38,934 nucleotides of DNA from Thermotogota bacterium (GTDB lineage: Bacteria; Thermotogota; Thermotogae; Petrotogales; Kosmotogaceae): NCBI GenBank assembly GCA_034660555.1, contig JAYEJL010000143.1, positions 1 through 38,934 of the forward strand, written 5' to 3'. The position numbers and the translations under genes are program-made. Under the pieces are notes generated by a model, which was not told the DNA's origin, searched no databases, and saw only the letters and a program-made list of their open reading frames with translations. Position 1 is the first letter of the stretch. The number at the start of each line of letters is the position of its first letter. Below, piece after piece: positions 18,038 to 27,732 of the stretch.

Positions 18038-19300
18038 ATGAATTCATACAAAAGAAATTTTTGGTTTTATTCGCTGGGAAGACTTGTTTCTTTAATTGGA
18101 TCAGGAGTTCAACAGGTAGCAATTCCCTTGTTTATTTTAGACTTGACAGGTTCAGGAATGATAATGGGGACATTTGTTCTAGTATCAATGTTGCCGAAAA
18201 TTATTTTGGGGCCCTTTGCAGGAGTACTGGGTGATAGATTTGATAGAAAAAAAATAATGGTCTATACGGATTTTGTTAGAGGCGGACTTATTTTACTTCT
18301 TGCCTTGATGGCTGGTTTTGATTCACTTACGTTGATATCTTTACTTATCGTTCAAGCAATGGTTTCATCCTTTGATATGATTTTTGATCCTGCGACAAAC
18401 GCAGTGATTGCCGATATTGTTCCTAATGAAGATTTGACCAGAGCCAATTCAATAGTCCAGGGTATTAACAGTTTTAGCTACATAGTAGGTCCTGCACTTG
18501 GAGGAATTCTATATGGTTTCTTTGGAATAGAACTTGTTTTTATAATAAACGGAATTTCATTTGTTGCTTCAGCCATAAGCGAGATATTCATTACATACAT
18601 TCAAACTACCGAAAAGACAAAGCTATCAGTAAGAAAAGTAATGGAGGATATGAAAGAAGGCTTTATTTTTTTAAAGGATGTCAAAGGATTACTGATATTG
18701 TTGATATTTTGTATGATATCAAATTTTCTTGTGTCTCCGGTTTTTGCTGTTGTTTTCCCCTTCTTTGCTAGAGAAGTTGTTGGCTTTTCCGGACAACAAT
18801 TCGGATTACTCCAGACAAGCTGGGTTGCAGGAATATTGCTTGGAAATGTAATACTTGGTGCTTTTCTTGCAAAAAGAAAACCTGCAAAGCTATTTAAAAA
18901 TGGTTTGATAAATCAGACTATTCTTTTCCAGCTCTTCTTTGTGGCTGCCCTGCCCTTCACTACTAAGTTTTTTGGTGGAGCAACCTGGATATATTTTTCA
19001 GTAATAGGTTCAATTCTATTAATTACTGGAATATTCAACGCTTTTGTAAATACACCTCTAATGACTATGTTTCACAAAAAAACACCAACCAAGTATCGTT
19101 CCAGGGTATTCTCAGTTATTTCAGTACTTGCACAGCTCGTTACGCCTTTAGGGGCTGTTCTTTATGGGATTGGATTGGATCTAATGGCAACCCACTGGTT
19201 GTTGTTAATTGCAAATATAGGAAGCATAATAATAATTGTTGTTTTCTTTGCGAGGGGACTGGATACTTTCCTTATGGAACCGAAGCCAAATGAAGCATAG
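18038..19300 (+). CDS. MFS transporter (macrolide-efflux/DHA3-like)
   Basis: GVLGDRFDRKKIMV motif A, about 12 hydrophobic segments; ATG 18038 after AGGTG. Confidence 0.88.
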   Translation: MNSYKRNFWFYSLGRLVSLIGSGVQQVAIPLFILDLTGSGMIMGTFVLVSMLPKIILGPFAGVLGDRFDRKKIMVYTDFVRGGLILLLALMAGFDSLTLISLLIVQAMVSSFDMIFDPATNAVIADIVPNEDLTRANSIVQGINSFSYIVGPALGGILYGFFGIELVFIINGISFVASAISEIFITYIQTTEKTKLSVRKVMEDMKEGFIFLKDVKGLLILLIFCMISNFLVSPVFAVVFPFFAREVVGFSGQQFGLLQTSWVAGILLGNVILGAFLAKRKPAKLFKNGLINQTILFQLFFVAALPFTTKFFGGATWIYFSVIGSILLITGIFNAFVNTPLMTMFHKKTPTKYRSRVFSVISVLAQLVTPLGAVLYGIGLDLMATHWLLLIANIGSIIIIVVFFARGLDTFLMEPKPNEA

Positions 19301-19323
19301 AAGATACATGAATTTAGTTCACG

Positions 19324-21477
19324 CTAATTAGAATAAATACGATATAATTTGCCTGCTTTCTTGGCTCTATACATGGCTTCATCTGCTTTTCTTAAAAGGG
19401 TATTGAAATTTTCCCCATCATTGGGGAAGGTTGAGATACCCATACTTCCACTAACACTCATCTCTTTTTCTTCAATTTTTAACGGTTTTTTCAATATGTT
19501 GTGAATTATTTTAACTAATGTTATTGCACCATCAGTATCAGTTTCTGGGAGAATAAATACGAATTCATCTCCACCCATACGAGCCACCAAATCACTTTTT
19601 CTCAACGATGATTTTATCCGCGATGCGATTTCTACAAGGAAGTAGTCACCAGTTTCATGTCCAAAATTATCGTTTATCTCCTTGAAGTTATTTAAATCAA
19701 GATATACAACAGAGGTTTTTCTATTATATCTTTTTGCGAGCTGCATTATTTGAAAAGCCTCTTTTTCAATATACCTTCGATTTGGTAAGCCAGTAAGTGT
19801 ATCGTGTGTTGATAGTACCTTTAATCCATCTCTCTGTTCCTTTAACTCCTTTTCGAGATAAAGTTTCTGGAAAATTGCTGCAACTGCATTGCCAAATATT
19901 TTAGCAATCTGTATTGATTCATCATTGTATGCATTTTCCATACTGTAGTTGTCTAAGTTAATGAAAGCGACTGTTATATTGTTTACTACTATTGGCACAG
20001 ATAACATTGCTTCTATCTTTTTAACCTGACCAGCTTTATATAAAATATCGCGTCTTACTTTATCAAGACGCTTGTTAATTCCAAAATCCTTTATAATTCT
20101 AATTTCTTTTGTTAACCCCTGGACAAGCTCGTTTTTATTAAAAGTGACTTTTTTAAGTTCATTTAAATCGTATTTGACAGCTGCTGCAAAAGTAAAACCA
20201 TCACCATTTTCTCTTATCAATATGCTCCCCTTTTCGGCACCGGGAATAATTTCCACGGCTCTTTCAAGAAGTCGTTGATAGGAGCTTTCAGTAGAATCCT
20301 GTTGCAGAACTTCACTTGTGATATCAATGATTACTTTTTGGAGCTTTATAAATTTCTCCTGTCTCATTTCAGCAAGTTTGCGGTTGGTAATTTCTCTAGC
20401 GATTATTAGGACATTTTTATCATCATCCAAAAATCTTCCATTGGCTTCAATCCAAACATACTTACCTTTTGCGTTTTTTATTCTAGTTTCAATTTTACCT
20501 TCACCATTATTGATGACATTTCTGAAAAGATTGGTAACGTTTGCTTTATCTTCTGGATGCATCAGAGACAAAGGATTAATCTCCTTTGCCTTATCCGGAG
20601 AATATCCCAGTATTCTTTGTGTTGCATAGTTTGTATAAACAACATTTCCATTTACGTCAAGAAGTAAAATCATGTCATGAACATTTTCAATCAATAATCT
20701 ATGCTCTTCTTCACTTTTTTTCAGTGCGGTTTCGATTGCTTTTTTTTCTGTAATATCTATCGCTGCTATTATAATTGTAGGCTTCCCATGAAAATTTATT
20801 TTTTGCACTTTAAGATCTATCCATTTTGTAACTCCACTTTTAGTAATTATTTTTATTTCGTATCTATCAGTTGGCCATTCTCCCTGCTGCCTGAGTTTTG
20901 CTCTTTCTTTAACCAGGTCTGCGTATTCAGGATGAACAAAATCCCATAAGTTCATATTAGTAAGTTCTTGTTTTGAATATCCTGTGATTTCTTCTGCTAT
21001 GGAGTTGGCAAATATCCATTTATCTTCCTGATAGATCATAATTACAACAGGAGTTGATTCTGCAAAGGTTCTGAATTTCTCTTCGCTCTTTCTTAAAGCT
21101 TCTTCAGCGGCTTTTTGTTCTGAAATATCCCGATAGATTGCGAAAATTCCAACTATCTCATTTTCATCATAAACGGGGAAGCTTATTACGGAGACAGGGA
21201 AAGACGTTCCATCACTTTTAAGGCGGATTCCTTCAGCTTTTACTTTTTCGCCTGACATGGCTCTGCTTGTTAATGATTTTAATTCAATTTTGTTCTCGCC
21301 AGGAGATATCAAATTATCGATATCGTGGCCATAGACTTCGTCCTCATTATAACCAAACATATTACAAAAAGTCTTGTTTGCTCTTATAATTTTCTGCTTT
21401 CTATCACAGAAAACTATTCCCTCAGGAACATTTGAAAAAAGTTCTTCGAAATATTGTTCGTTTTTTAGTTCGCTCAT
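19324..21477 (-). CDS. Diguanylate cyclase, PAS-PAS-PAS-GAF-GGDEF
   Basis: Three PAS/PAC repeats (DISEQK, DITEKK, EITNRK), GAF (LSVPI..INLD), HDTLTGLPNRR, RKSD I-site, intact GGDEF. Confidence 0.92.
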   Translation of the reverse strand: MSELKNEQYFEELFSNVPEGIVFCDRKQKIIRANKTFCNMFGYNEDEVYGHDIDNLISPGENKIELKSLTSRAMSGEKVKAEGIRLKSDGTSFPVSVISFPVYDENEIVGIFAIYRDISEQKAAEEALRKSEEKFRTFAESTPVVIMIYQEDKWIFANSIAEEITGYSKQELTNMNLWDFVHPEYADLVKERAKLRQQGEWPTDRYEIKIITKSGVTKWIDLKVQKINFHGKPTIIIAAIDITEKKAIETALKKSEEEHRLLIENVHDMILLLDVNGNVVYTNYATQRILGYSPDKAKEINPLSLMHPEDKANVTNLFRNVINNGEGKIETRIKNAKGKYVWIEANGRFLDDDKNVLIIAREITNRKLAEMRQEKFIKLQKVIIDITSEVLQQDSTESSYQRLLERAVEIIPGAEKGSILIRENGDGFTFAAAVKYDLNELKKVTFNKNELVQGLTKEIRIIKDFGINKRLDKVRRDILYKAGQVKKIEAMLSVPIVVNNITVAFINLDNYSMENAYNDESIQIAKIFGNAVAAIFQKLYLEKELKEQRDGLKVLSTHDTLTGLPNRRYIEKEAFQIMQLAKRYNRKTSVVYLDLNNFKEINDNFGHETGDYFLVEIASRIKSSLRKSDLVARMGGDEFVFILPETDTDGAITLVKIIHNILKKPLKIEEKEMSVSGSMGISTFPNDGENFNTLLRKADEAMYRAKKAGKLYRIYSN

Positions 21478-21600
21478 TTTATCGGTCCTCCGTTAAAACT
21501 CTATGATCATTGTTTTCTAAATCAAAAACCTGTTATAAATCTACCAGATTATTATGTTTCAGTATTTATGTAGGTTTTAACAAAACTTTGCTTTGATACT

Positions 21601-22431
21601 CTATATGAAAAATTTTGCTTTAAATATTGTAACAGCATTTCCAGTGATATATACTCTGTTTTTATTAGGTAAAGAAATAAATAAGTCTCCAGTCCTTTGA
21701 GAGAGCTGTCTGACAGACATTTCCTTTTTCTTTAAAATTTTACTCCAGAAAGGTCCTAATACTGTATGAGCAGAACCTGTAACGGGATCTTCATTAATCC
21801 CTTCCCAGGGATCAAAGAATCTTGACACAAAATCTACTTCATTACTACTAACAGAAGTAACTATAAGGCCTCTTAGGTTCTTGTTGAAAGAAAAATTTTC
21901 TAGTAAATTGAAATCTGGTTTAAGTTCACGCACATCTTTTTCGTTTTCTAGCTGAAGCAATATGTAACCAGTTTTCTGTCCGTAAAAAGTTCTATATTTT
22001 TTATCATAATTTAATGCTTTTGAAAGTGAGTCAGGTTTGTCTATTTTTATGGGGGGATCCTGAGGAAAATCTAACCTCACACCTTTATCCATCAATTCCG
22101 ATTTCAACAATCCGCTCTTTGTATTAAATATTATTTGCCCGCGATAATCATACTCAGTGAATAGAATCCAGGAAGTTGCCAGTGTAGCATGTCCACACAT
22201 GGGAACTTCTGTTTTAGGGGTAAACCATCGCAAATGAAGTGATTTGCTGTTATTTAAATCTTTACCCTTTTCTGGGAAAACAAAAGCTGTTTCGGAGAGA
22301 TTCATTTCTCTTGCAATATTTAGATAGGTATTATCGTCAAAAGTATTTTCTAAAACACATACTGCTGCGGGATTCCCCTTGAATGGATGGTTGGTAAAAG
22401 CGTCAACCTGGTAAATGTCAATAGAATTCAT
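21601..22431 (-). CDS. PhzF-family isomerase/epimerase
   Basis: VDAFT...GNPAAV, NLSETAF, EVPMCGHATLA, EDPVTGSAH. Confidence 0.9.
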   Translation of the reverse strand: MNSIDIYQVDAFTNHPFKGNPAAVCVLENTFDDNTYLNIAREMNLSETAFVFPEKGKDLNNSKSLHLRWFTPKTEVPMCGHATLATSWILFTEYDYRGQIIFNTKSGLLKSELMDKGVRLDFPQDPPIKIDKPDSLSKALNYDKKYRTFYGQKTGYILLQLENEKDVRELKPDFNLLENFSFNKNLRGLIVTSVSSNEVDFVSRFFDPWEGINEDPVTGSAHTVLGPFWSKILKKKEMSVRQLSQRTGDLFISLPNKNRVYITGNAVTIFKAKFFI

Positions 22432-22491
22432 TTTCCCCCTCCTTACCGCTATTATATTCCATCAAAAATACATTTGTTAATGATCAATTGC

Positions 22492-22524
22492 TTTAATCAA
22501 ATTTTAATATGCATTTTTTATAAT
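22492..22524 (+). promoter_or_regulatory. OmpR/PhoB-type direct-repeat box plus -10 element
   Basis: TTTAAT-N5-TTTAAT (22492-22508), 10 bp, TATAAT (22519-22524). Confidence 0.55.
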
Positions 22525-22556
22525 TAAAATAGCAATTATAAAAAGGAGGTTTATAT

Positions 22557-23435
22557 ATGAAAAAGCTAATGATGTTCGTAATGATCGCAGGTACTTTATT
22601 GTTAATTTTCTCTGGTTGTATTGTAGATTTTATACCAGATGACAACGATAGAGAAGAAATAGGCAAACTAAATGTATACATGACAGACGCAGTACTTCCG
22701 CTGGAAGATGTAAAGAGTGTGGAAGTGACCATAGACAGCATATCATTATATGGAGGTGAAGCATCACCAGTAGTCATAAAGGACGAGCCGACAACCGTTG
22801 ATCTCATGACCCTAATAGGGCAAGAGATAAGCCTGGGAACATTTGAAGGAACGGCAACCTACAACCAGTTGAGAATGGAGATAAGCGATGCAACACTAAC
22901 CACAATGGAAGACGAAATATATGAAGTAAAGGTAGCATCCGGATCGTTGAAAATAAAAAATCTGGACATAGAATTTGATGATGAGCAAGAAACAACCTTG
23001 ATACTGGATTACGATCTTTCCAAATCGTTGAAGGTAAACGGACAATGGCCACCTGAAGAAAAAGGGAAAGGAAACAAAGAGACTCAAATAATAATGACAC
23101 CGACGATAGGGGTTAGACATGGAGAATTATATGACGTAACCGGAGTGGCAACACCAACCATGGAAGCGAGTCCCTATCTGGTGGCTCTGTTACCAGAAGA
23201 TACAGAAGATTCAACGAAGGTGCTCACAACCTTTACTCACAAAGAGAACCCAAAGTGGGAACAGGGAGAGTTCCGTTTTTGCAAGGTAAAAGAAGGAGAA
23301 TACACACTGAAGATATTTGATAACTACACAGAAGAAGGTTTTGATACACTCACCAGTACAGCATTATATACACATCCAGAGGATATAGAAGTAGAAGATG
23401 GCGATGTCAATCTTGGAACAATAAAGATTGAATAA
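22557..23435 (+). CDS. DUF4382-like lipoprotein with C-terminal beta-sandwich
   Basis: Signal peptide and lipobox IFSGC, LNVYMTDA, YNQLRM, KVASG, LDYDLSKS. Confidence 0.72.
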   Translation: MKKLMMFVMIAGTLLLIFSGCIVDFIPDDNDREEIGKLNVYMTDAVLPLEDVKSVEVTIDSISLYGGEASPVVIKDEPTTVDLMTLIGQEISLGTFEGTATYNQLRMEISDATLTTMEDEIYEVKVASGSLKIKNLDIEFDDEQETTLILDYDLSKSLKVNGQWPPEEKGKGNKETQIIMTPTIGVRHGELYDVTGVATPTMEASPYLVALLPEDTEDSTKVLTTFTHKENPKWEQGEFRFCKVKEGEYTLKIFDNYTEEGFDTLTSTALYTHPEDIEVEDGDVNLGTIKIE

Positions 23436-23484
23436 TGTCTATAGAAACAAGAATTATTATTACGATATTTGGTAGAATGAAGTT

Positions 23485-24183
23485 ATGAAAAAGCTTAGTG
23501 TTTTATTGGTGATTGTTTTACTATTATCAATAATAGGAATTTCGCATATAGCCATTATTAGTACAGAAGAAGAGCTACTAAAATCACTGGTTGAAAATGA
23601 AAATAAAGAATTAAAGGGACTTTCATTTGAAACTATTGAAAAAATACAGGAACTGTCAGAAGAAACACTTCTGGCAGTTTCTTATTTTCCTGAAATGAAT
23701 ACTATTTTATTTGTTACTCCCACAACAGTAGTTACAGCTTCTGAAGAATTTGATGAGTTTTCAACAAAAGATATAAATACTAATTTTGATTTTACCAAAA
23801 TAAAGATTTCTATACTTGATGCGTACTCGCTTATAAAATTACAGACCAAAGAAGAGGTATTTGGCGTATTTCTGGAACAGAATGAAGAAGTTTTGGTATG
23901 GAATGTAGTAACAAGTTCAGAGGTTTTCTCGGTAAGTGCGATGTTTGCCTCAACAATGAGAGTAACTGGTAATAAAGAAGTAATGGAACTTGTAAGAAAC
24001 AGGTTGGAGAAAATGATAAAAGAAAAAGAGAAACAGGGAGAAAGTCCATTTACACCGCCTGGTCTGGATAAAAAGCCAGATGAACCTGGTAAGCCAGATG
24101 AACCTGGTAAGCCAGATGAACCCGGGGATCCGGATGTACCAGGCAAACCCGATGAACCTGGAAAACCAGATAAAGTCCCATAA
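23485..24183 (+). CDS. Secreted hypothetical protein, possible PepSY-like segment, C-terminal KPDEPG repeats
   Basis: N-terminal signal peptide; KISILDAYSL...LVWNV segment; PPGLDK then six hexapeptide repeats. Confidence 0.65.
   Translation: MKKLSVLLVIVLLLSIIGISHIAIISTEEELLKSLVENENKELKGLSFETIEKIQELSEETLLAVSYFPEMNTILFVTPTTVVTASEEFDEFSTKDINTNFDFTKIKISILDAYSLIKLQTKEEVFGVFLEQNEEVLVWNVVTSSEVFSVSAMFASTMRVTGNKEVMELVRNRLEKMIKEKEKQGESPFTPPGLDKKPDEPGKPDEPGKPDEPGDPDVPGKPDEPGKPDKVP
24073..24180 (+). repeat. Coding 18-bp tandem repeat, six units (AAGCCAGATGAACCTGGT consensus)
   Basis: First two units identical, later ones degenerate; encodes KPDEPG-like units. Confidence 0.9.
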
Positions 24184-24210
24184 AAATAAAAACCAAGGAA
24201 TGTGAATCTT

Positions 24211-24903
24211 ATGAAATTACTACTTATAGAAGATGAGGAAAAACTTGCAAAAAATATCGTTCAATTTCTAGAAGAGGATGATTACTCTGTGGACATGGCT
24301 TTGGATGGCGAAGAAGGTCTTGATCTAGCCCTTTCCTACAATTATGATTGCATAATACTGGATATACATCTCCCTGGAATGAATGGATTTGAAATCTGTA
24401 ATTTTCTAAGGAATGAAATGCAGTCTGATGTCCCAATTATTCTTTTAACTGCTTTAGGAGAAGTTGAAAATAAATTAGAAGGATTCGATCTTGGAGCGGA
24501 TGATTATCTTTCAAAACCCTTTGATTTAAGAGAACTTCATGCGCGTGTGGAAGCACTAATTAGAAGAAATCAGTTAAAAAGAGGATTGGATATTTCTTGT
24601 TGCAGTTTGCACATTAATACTAAAAGTCAAAAGGCTTTTTGTGATGATAAAATTTTAGAATTGAGTAAAAAGGAATATCTGATACTTGAGCTCTTTATGA
24701 AAAACCCTGGAACAGTTTTTACAAGAGAAGAAATTATTGATAAATTATGGGAAATTGGGAATGAGCCAAAAAGCAATATAGTGGATGTTTATGTACGTTA
24801 TTTACGAAAAAAGTTGGAACCTTGTAAGATGAATGATTGTATAGAGACAGTGCAGGGTAAAGGTTATAGACTAAATGACGAAAAGGTGCAGGATGAAAGT
24901 TAG
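24211..24903 (+). CDS. OmpR-family response regulator
   Basis: LLIEDE, ILDIHLPGMNG, GADDYLSKPF, winged helix VDVYVRYLRKKL...GKGY. Confidence 0.93.
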   Translation: MKLLLIEDEEKLAKNIVQFLEEDDYSVDMALDGEEGLDLALSYNYDCIILDIHLPGMNGFEICNFLRNEMQSDVPIILLTALGEVENKLEGFDLGADDYLSKPFDLRELHARVEALIRRNQLKRGLDISCCSLHINTKSQKAFCDDKILELSKKEYLILELFMKNPGTVFTREEIIDKLWEIGNEPKSNIVDVYVRYLRKKLEPCKMNDCIETVQGKGYRLNDEKVQDES

Positions 24904-26167
24904 AAGCAAGATTACTTTTGTTTATTTATTTACGTATGGACCGGTGATAATCGGTCTATGTTTTTTTATATTTTTCATTTTCAAAGCTCTTGAGTATCGC
25001 AGAATTGATAATATTTTACTTACATTCCACAATGATATTGTAAAAACCTACACATATTCTGAGAAAAATGAAAATACATTATTGAGTCTGGTTGGCGACG
25101 AGAATCTGGGCTTTGCAATATATGAGAACAATAAAACCATAGCCTCTTTCAGAATAGATCCTTCAGTGTTTAAAGATATTTTTAACGAAGGAGAAGGAAC
25201 AACTAACAACTACAGATACAAAATTACCTTTGAAAAAGAGAATGACAGCATTCTTAGATTCGTTTCATTTTATCAGCTTGAAAAAACCTATGCTTCTTTA
25301 AGCAAGATCTTTTTTCTTTTATTAGCCTCTTCCTTTGCGGCGCTTGCAATTATTAGTGTATTTGGAACATTTTTTACCAAGAACCTTCTTAAACCCATTG
25401 AGGATGTTGGTAATCAATTAGAAAAAATTAGCAGAACGGGACTTAGTGATGCACGTGTTAAAGTTAATAATTCAGGGGATGAAGTAGTAAAACTCCAGCA
25501 AGAGATAAATAAAGCTCTGGAAAGAATTGAGAGATTGGTAAAAGAGACAAAACAAATGTCATCTAAAATAGCACATGAATTAAGAACCCCTCTTTCAGTT
25601 ATTAAAAGCAGTTTGCAGCTTTTACAACAAAAGAATATTTCTGAAAATGTGAAAATTGCATTAAAAGACGTACTGGATGAAATCGATGATCTCATTCATA
25701 TGTCAGAAGATTTTTTGTTGCTGGCTAATGTTGAAAACTCTCTACCCAAGAAATTTGAAGTATTTGATTTATCCGGTTTATTGCTCGAAGCAATAGAAAA
25801 AATAATGATTTTGTATCCAGAAAAAGACTTCGATCTTGATATCTCGCCTGGAATAAAAATAAATGGAATAAAGTATATGATAGAACGTGTAATAATCAAT
25901 TTGCTTGATAACGCAGCAAAGTATTCACAGACCGATAGAATTGAAGTAAAACTTTATAACAAAGATAGTAATACTCACATTGAGGTTATTAATGCAGGAG
26001 ATAAAATTAATATAGAAGAAAAAACCCGATATATGTCGAATCTTTCATCTAGAGGGTTTGGTTTGGGACTGAGGGTTGTAAGATCTGTTGTAAATCTTCA
26101 TAAAGCTCATCTCGGATATGAGCACATTAATGGAAAAAACCATTTTGAAATCATATTTAGGAGTTAA
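24893..26167 (+). CDS. Membrane sensor histidine kinase (2 TM, HAMP, HisKA, HATPase)
   Basis: AHELRTPL, NLLDNAAKY, GFGLGL; two hydrophobic segments. Confidence 0.9.
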   Translation: MKVRSKITFVYLFTYGPVIIGLCFFIFFIFKALEYRRIDNILLTFHNDIVKTYTYSEKNENTLLSLVGDENLGFAIYENNKTIASFRIDPSVFKDIFNEGEGTTNNYRYKITFEKENDSILRFVSFYQLEKTYASLSKIFFLLLASSFAALAIISVFGTFFTKNLLKPIEDVGNQLEKISRTGLSDARVKVNNSGDEVVKLQQEINKALERIERLVKETKQMSSKIAHELRTPLSVIKSSLQLLQQKNISENVKIALKDVLDEIDDLIHMSEDFLLLANVENSLPKKFEVFDLSGLLLEAIEKIMILYPEKDFDLDISPGIKINGIKYMIERVIINLLDNAAKYSQTDRIEVKLYNKDSNTHIEVINAGDKINIEEKTRYMSNLSSRGFGLGLRVVRSVVNLHKAHLGYEHINGKNHFEIIFRS

Positions 26168-26234
26168 GCAATCATCGGAATTAGTCATATTTGAATGATG
26201 AAAAAATGAAAATGCTTAATATATATAGAATCTT

Positions 26235-27488
26235 CTACTTTTTTTCTTCTTTTATTTTTGTAGTTAATGTTTCAAAATCATATCCCGAAGGATTCTGGAA
26301 TACTCTTAATTCAAATTCGGGAACAATTGCCAGAATATGGTCGAAAATATCTGATTGAATGCCTTCATAGTATTCCCAGCGAATATCTTTACTGAAAGCA
26401 TATATTTCAATTGGTATACCATGTTCCGTAGGAGCAAGTTGCCTCACCATAAGGGTCATATCTTTGCGTGTCATTGGATGATTTTTTAGATATTCACTCA
26501 AATAAGCTCGGAATGTTCCAATATTGGTTAAATGTCTGCCATTAACAAGTATAGAAGTATCGACATCTATTTTTTTATTATGTTCTTCAATTTCTTCTTT
26601 TTTCCTTTTAATGTAATCCTTTATGTACTGGATTTTGCTAAACTTTTTTAGCATTTCTTCTGTACAAAACTTAATACTTTTCATATCAATATACACTGCT
26701 CTCTTTATTCTTCTACCGCCAGTCTGTGTCATGCCTTTCCAGTTCTGGAAAGAATCTGAAACCATTGCATAAATTGGTATCGTTACAATGGTCTTGTCCC
26801 AGTTTTGCACCTTTACTGTATGAAGAGAGATGTCAATTACACTACCATCAGCATTGTACTTCGGCATAGATATCCAATCACCAATGTTAACCATATTTTC
26901 GTTCGTTATAAGATAACTTGCTACAAGACCAAGCAAAGTGTCTCTGAAAACCAGGATTAGGACAGCTGACATTGCTCCAATTGCACCTAATAATCCTAGA
27001 GGAGATACACCAGATAGTATTGAAATGATCATTATAATAGCTATTGCATAAACAACAATCTTAATGATCTGCATGTAACCTTTTATTGGTCTCTGACGAG
27101 ATACTTCAAATGTTCTGTAAATATCTACAGCACTGTCAATTATGGAACTAACAACCAGTGCTCCAATAATCCACATGATACAGATAGTTGTTTTTTCGAG
27201 TAATAATTGAATTTCCGGGAACAAACCTGAAAAGGAATATATGATTATTATAGGTACAAAATATGAAAGTCGATCAAGCACCCTTCTTTCAACAAATGCG
27301 TTGTCCCATTTGTTTTTGGTTTTTTTGACAATTAATGAAATTGGTTCCATAACCAATTTTCTAAAGATAAGCTTTGAAACATAACCGATTGCAAGGATGA
27401 TCGTAAAGCTGATAATATTTGCAAAAATGTACGATAAGTCTTTAGAAAGACCAGTCGAAATGAAAAAATCAACGAAAAAATCTATCAT
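26235..27488 (-). CDS. MscS-family mechanosensitive channel (YbdG/miniconductance-like)
   Basis: GDWISMPKYNADG, VKVQNWDKT, GGRRIKR, TNIGTFRAY, MVRQLAPT; ATG 27488 with AGGAGG. Confidence 0.9.
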   Translation of the reverse strand: MIDFFVDFFISTGLSKDLSYIFANIISFTIILAIGYVSKLIFRKLVMEPISLIVKKTKNKWDNAFVERRVLDRLSYFVPIIIIYSFSGLFPEIQLLLEKTTICIMWIIGALVVSSIIDSAVDIYRTFEVSRQRPIKGYMQIIKIVVYAIAIIMIISILSGVSPLGLLGAIGAMSAVLILVFRDTLLGLVASYLITNENMVNIGDWISMPKYNADGSVIDISLHTVKVQNWDKTIVTIPIYAMVSDSFQNWKGMTQTGGRRIKRAVYIDMKSIKFCTEEMLKKFSKIQYIKDYIKRKKEEIEEHNKKIDVDTSILVNGRHLTNIGTFRAYLSEYLKNHPMTRKDMTLMVRQLAPTEHGIPIEIYAFSKDIRWEYYEGIQSDIFDHILAIVPEFELRVFQNPSGYDFETLTTKIKEEKK

Positions 27489-27666
27489 GTTCAGCCTCCT
27501 AACAAACAACTATCTTTCCTTTTAAGTATACATGTAATTGTGAATTGGTCAAAAAACTACAATATGCTCATCTTATACTGGTTTTTTTGCTAATAAGCAA
27601 AATGATATCTATATTTGTAAAAATTTTCAGTAAATCACAAATAATTGCGTGAAAATGTATATTGCA

Positions 27667-27680
27667 TGTAACAAGTTACA
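27667..27680. promoter_or_regulatory. LacI-type operator overlapping the ABC operon promoter
   Basis: TGTAAC-AA-GTTACA between TTGCAT (27662) and TATTAT/TATAAT (27684-27694); extra half-site TGTAAC at 27695. Confidence 0.7.
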
Positions 27681-27732
27681 CTGTATTATATAATTGTAAC
27701 CCTTCGGGGAATTCATTTAAAGGGGTGATTAT

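Noticed and set aside
16576..19300. Antibiotic-resistance pair (Eis-like GNAT + MFS)
   Set aside because: Both families are broad, a terminator separates them, and substrates cannot be inferred from sequence
21478..21600. c-di-GMP riboswitch upstream of the diguanylate cyclase
   Set aside because: No recognisable GEMM-type stems or consensus
21601..22431. Phenazine biosynthesis
   Set aside because: Lone PhzF-family gene with no other phz genes
24073..24180. CRISPR-like repeat
   Set aside because: Contiguous 18-bp in-frame coding repeats with no spacers and no cas genes
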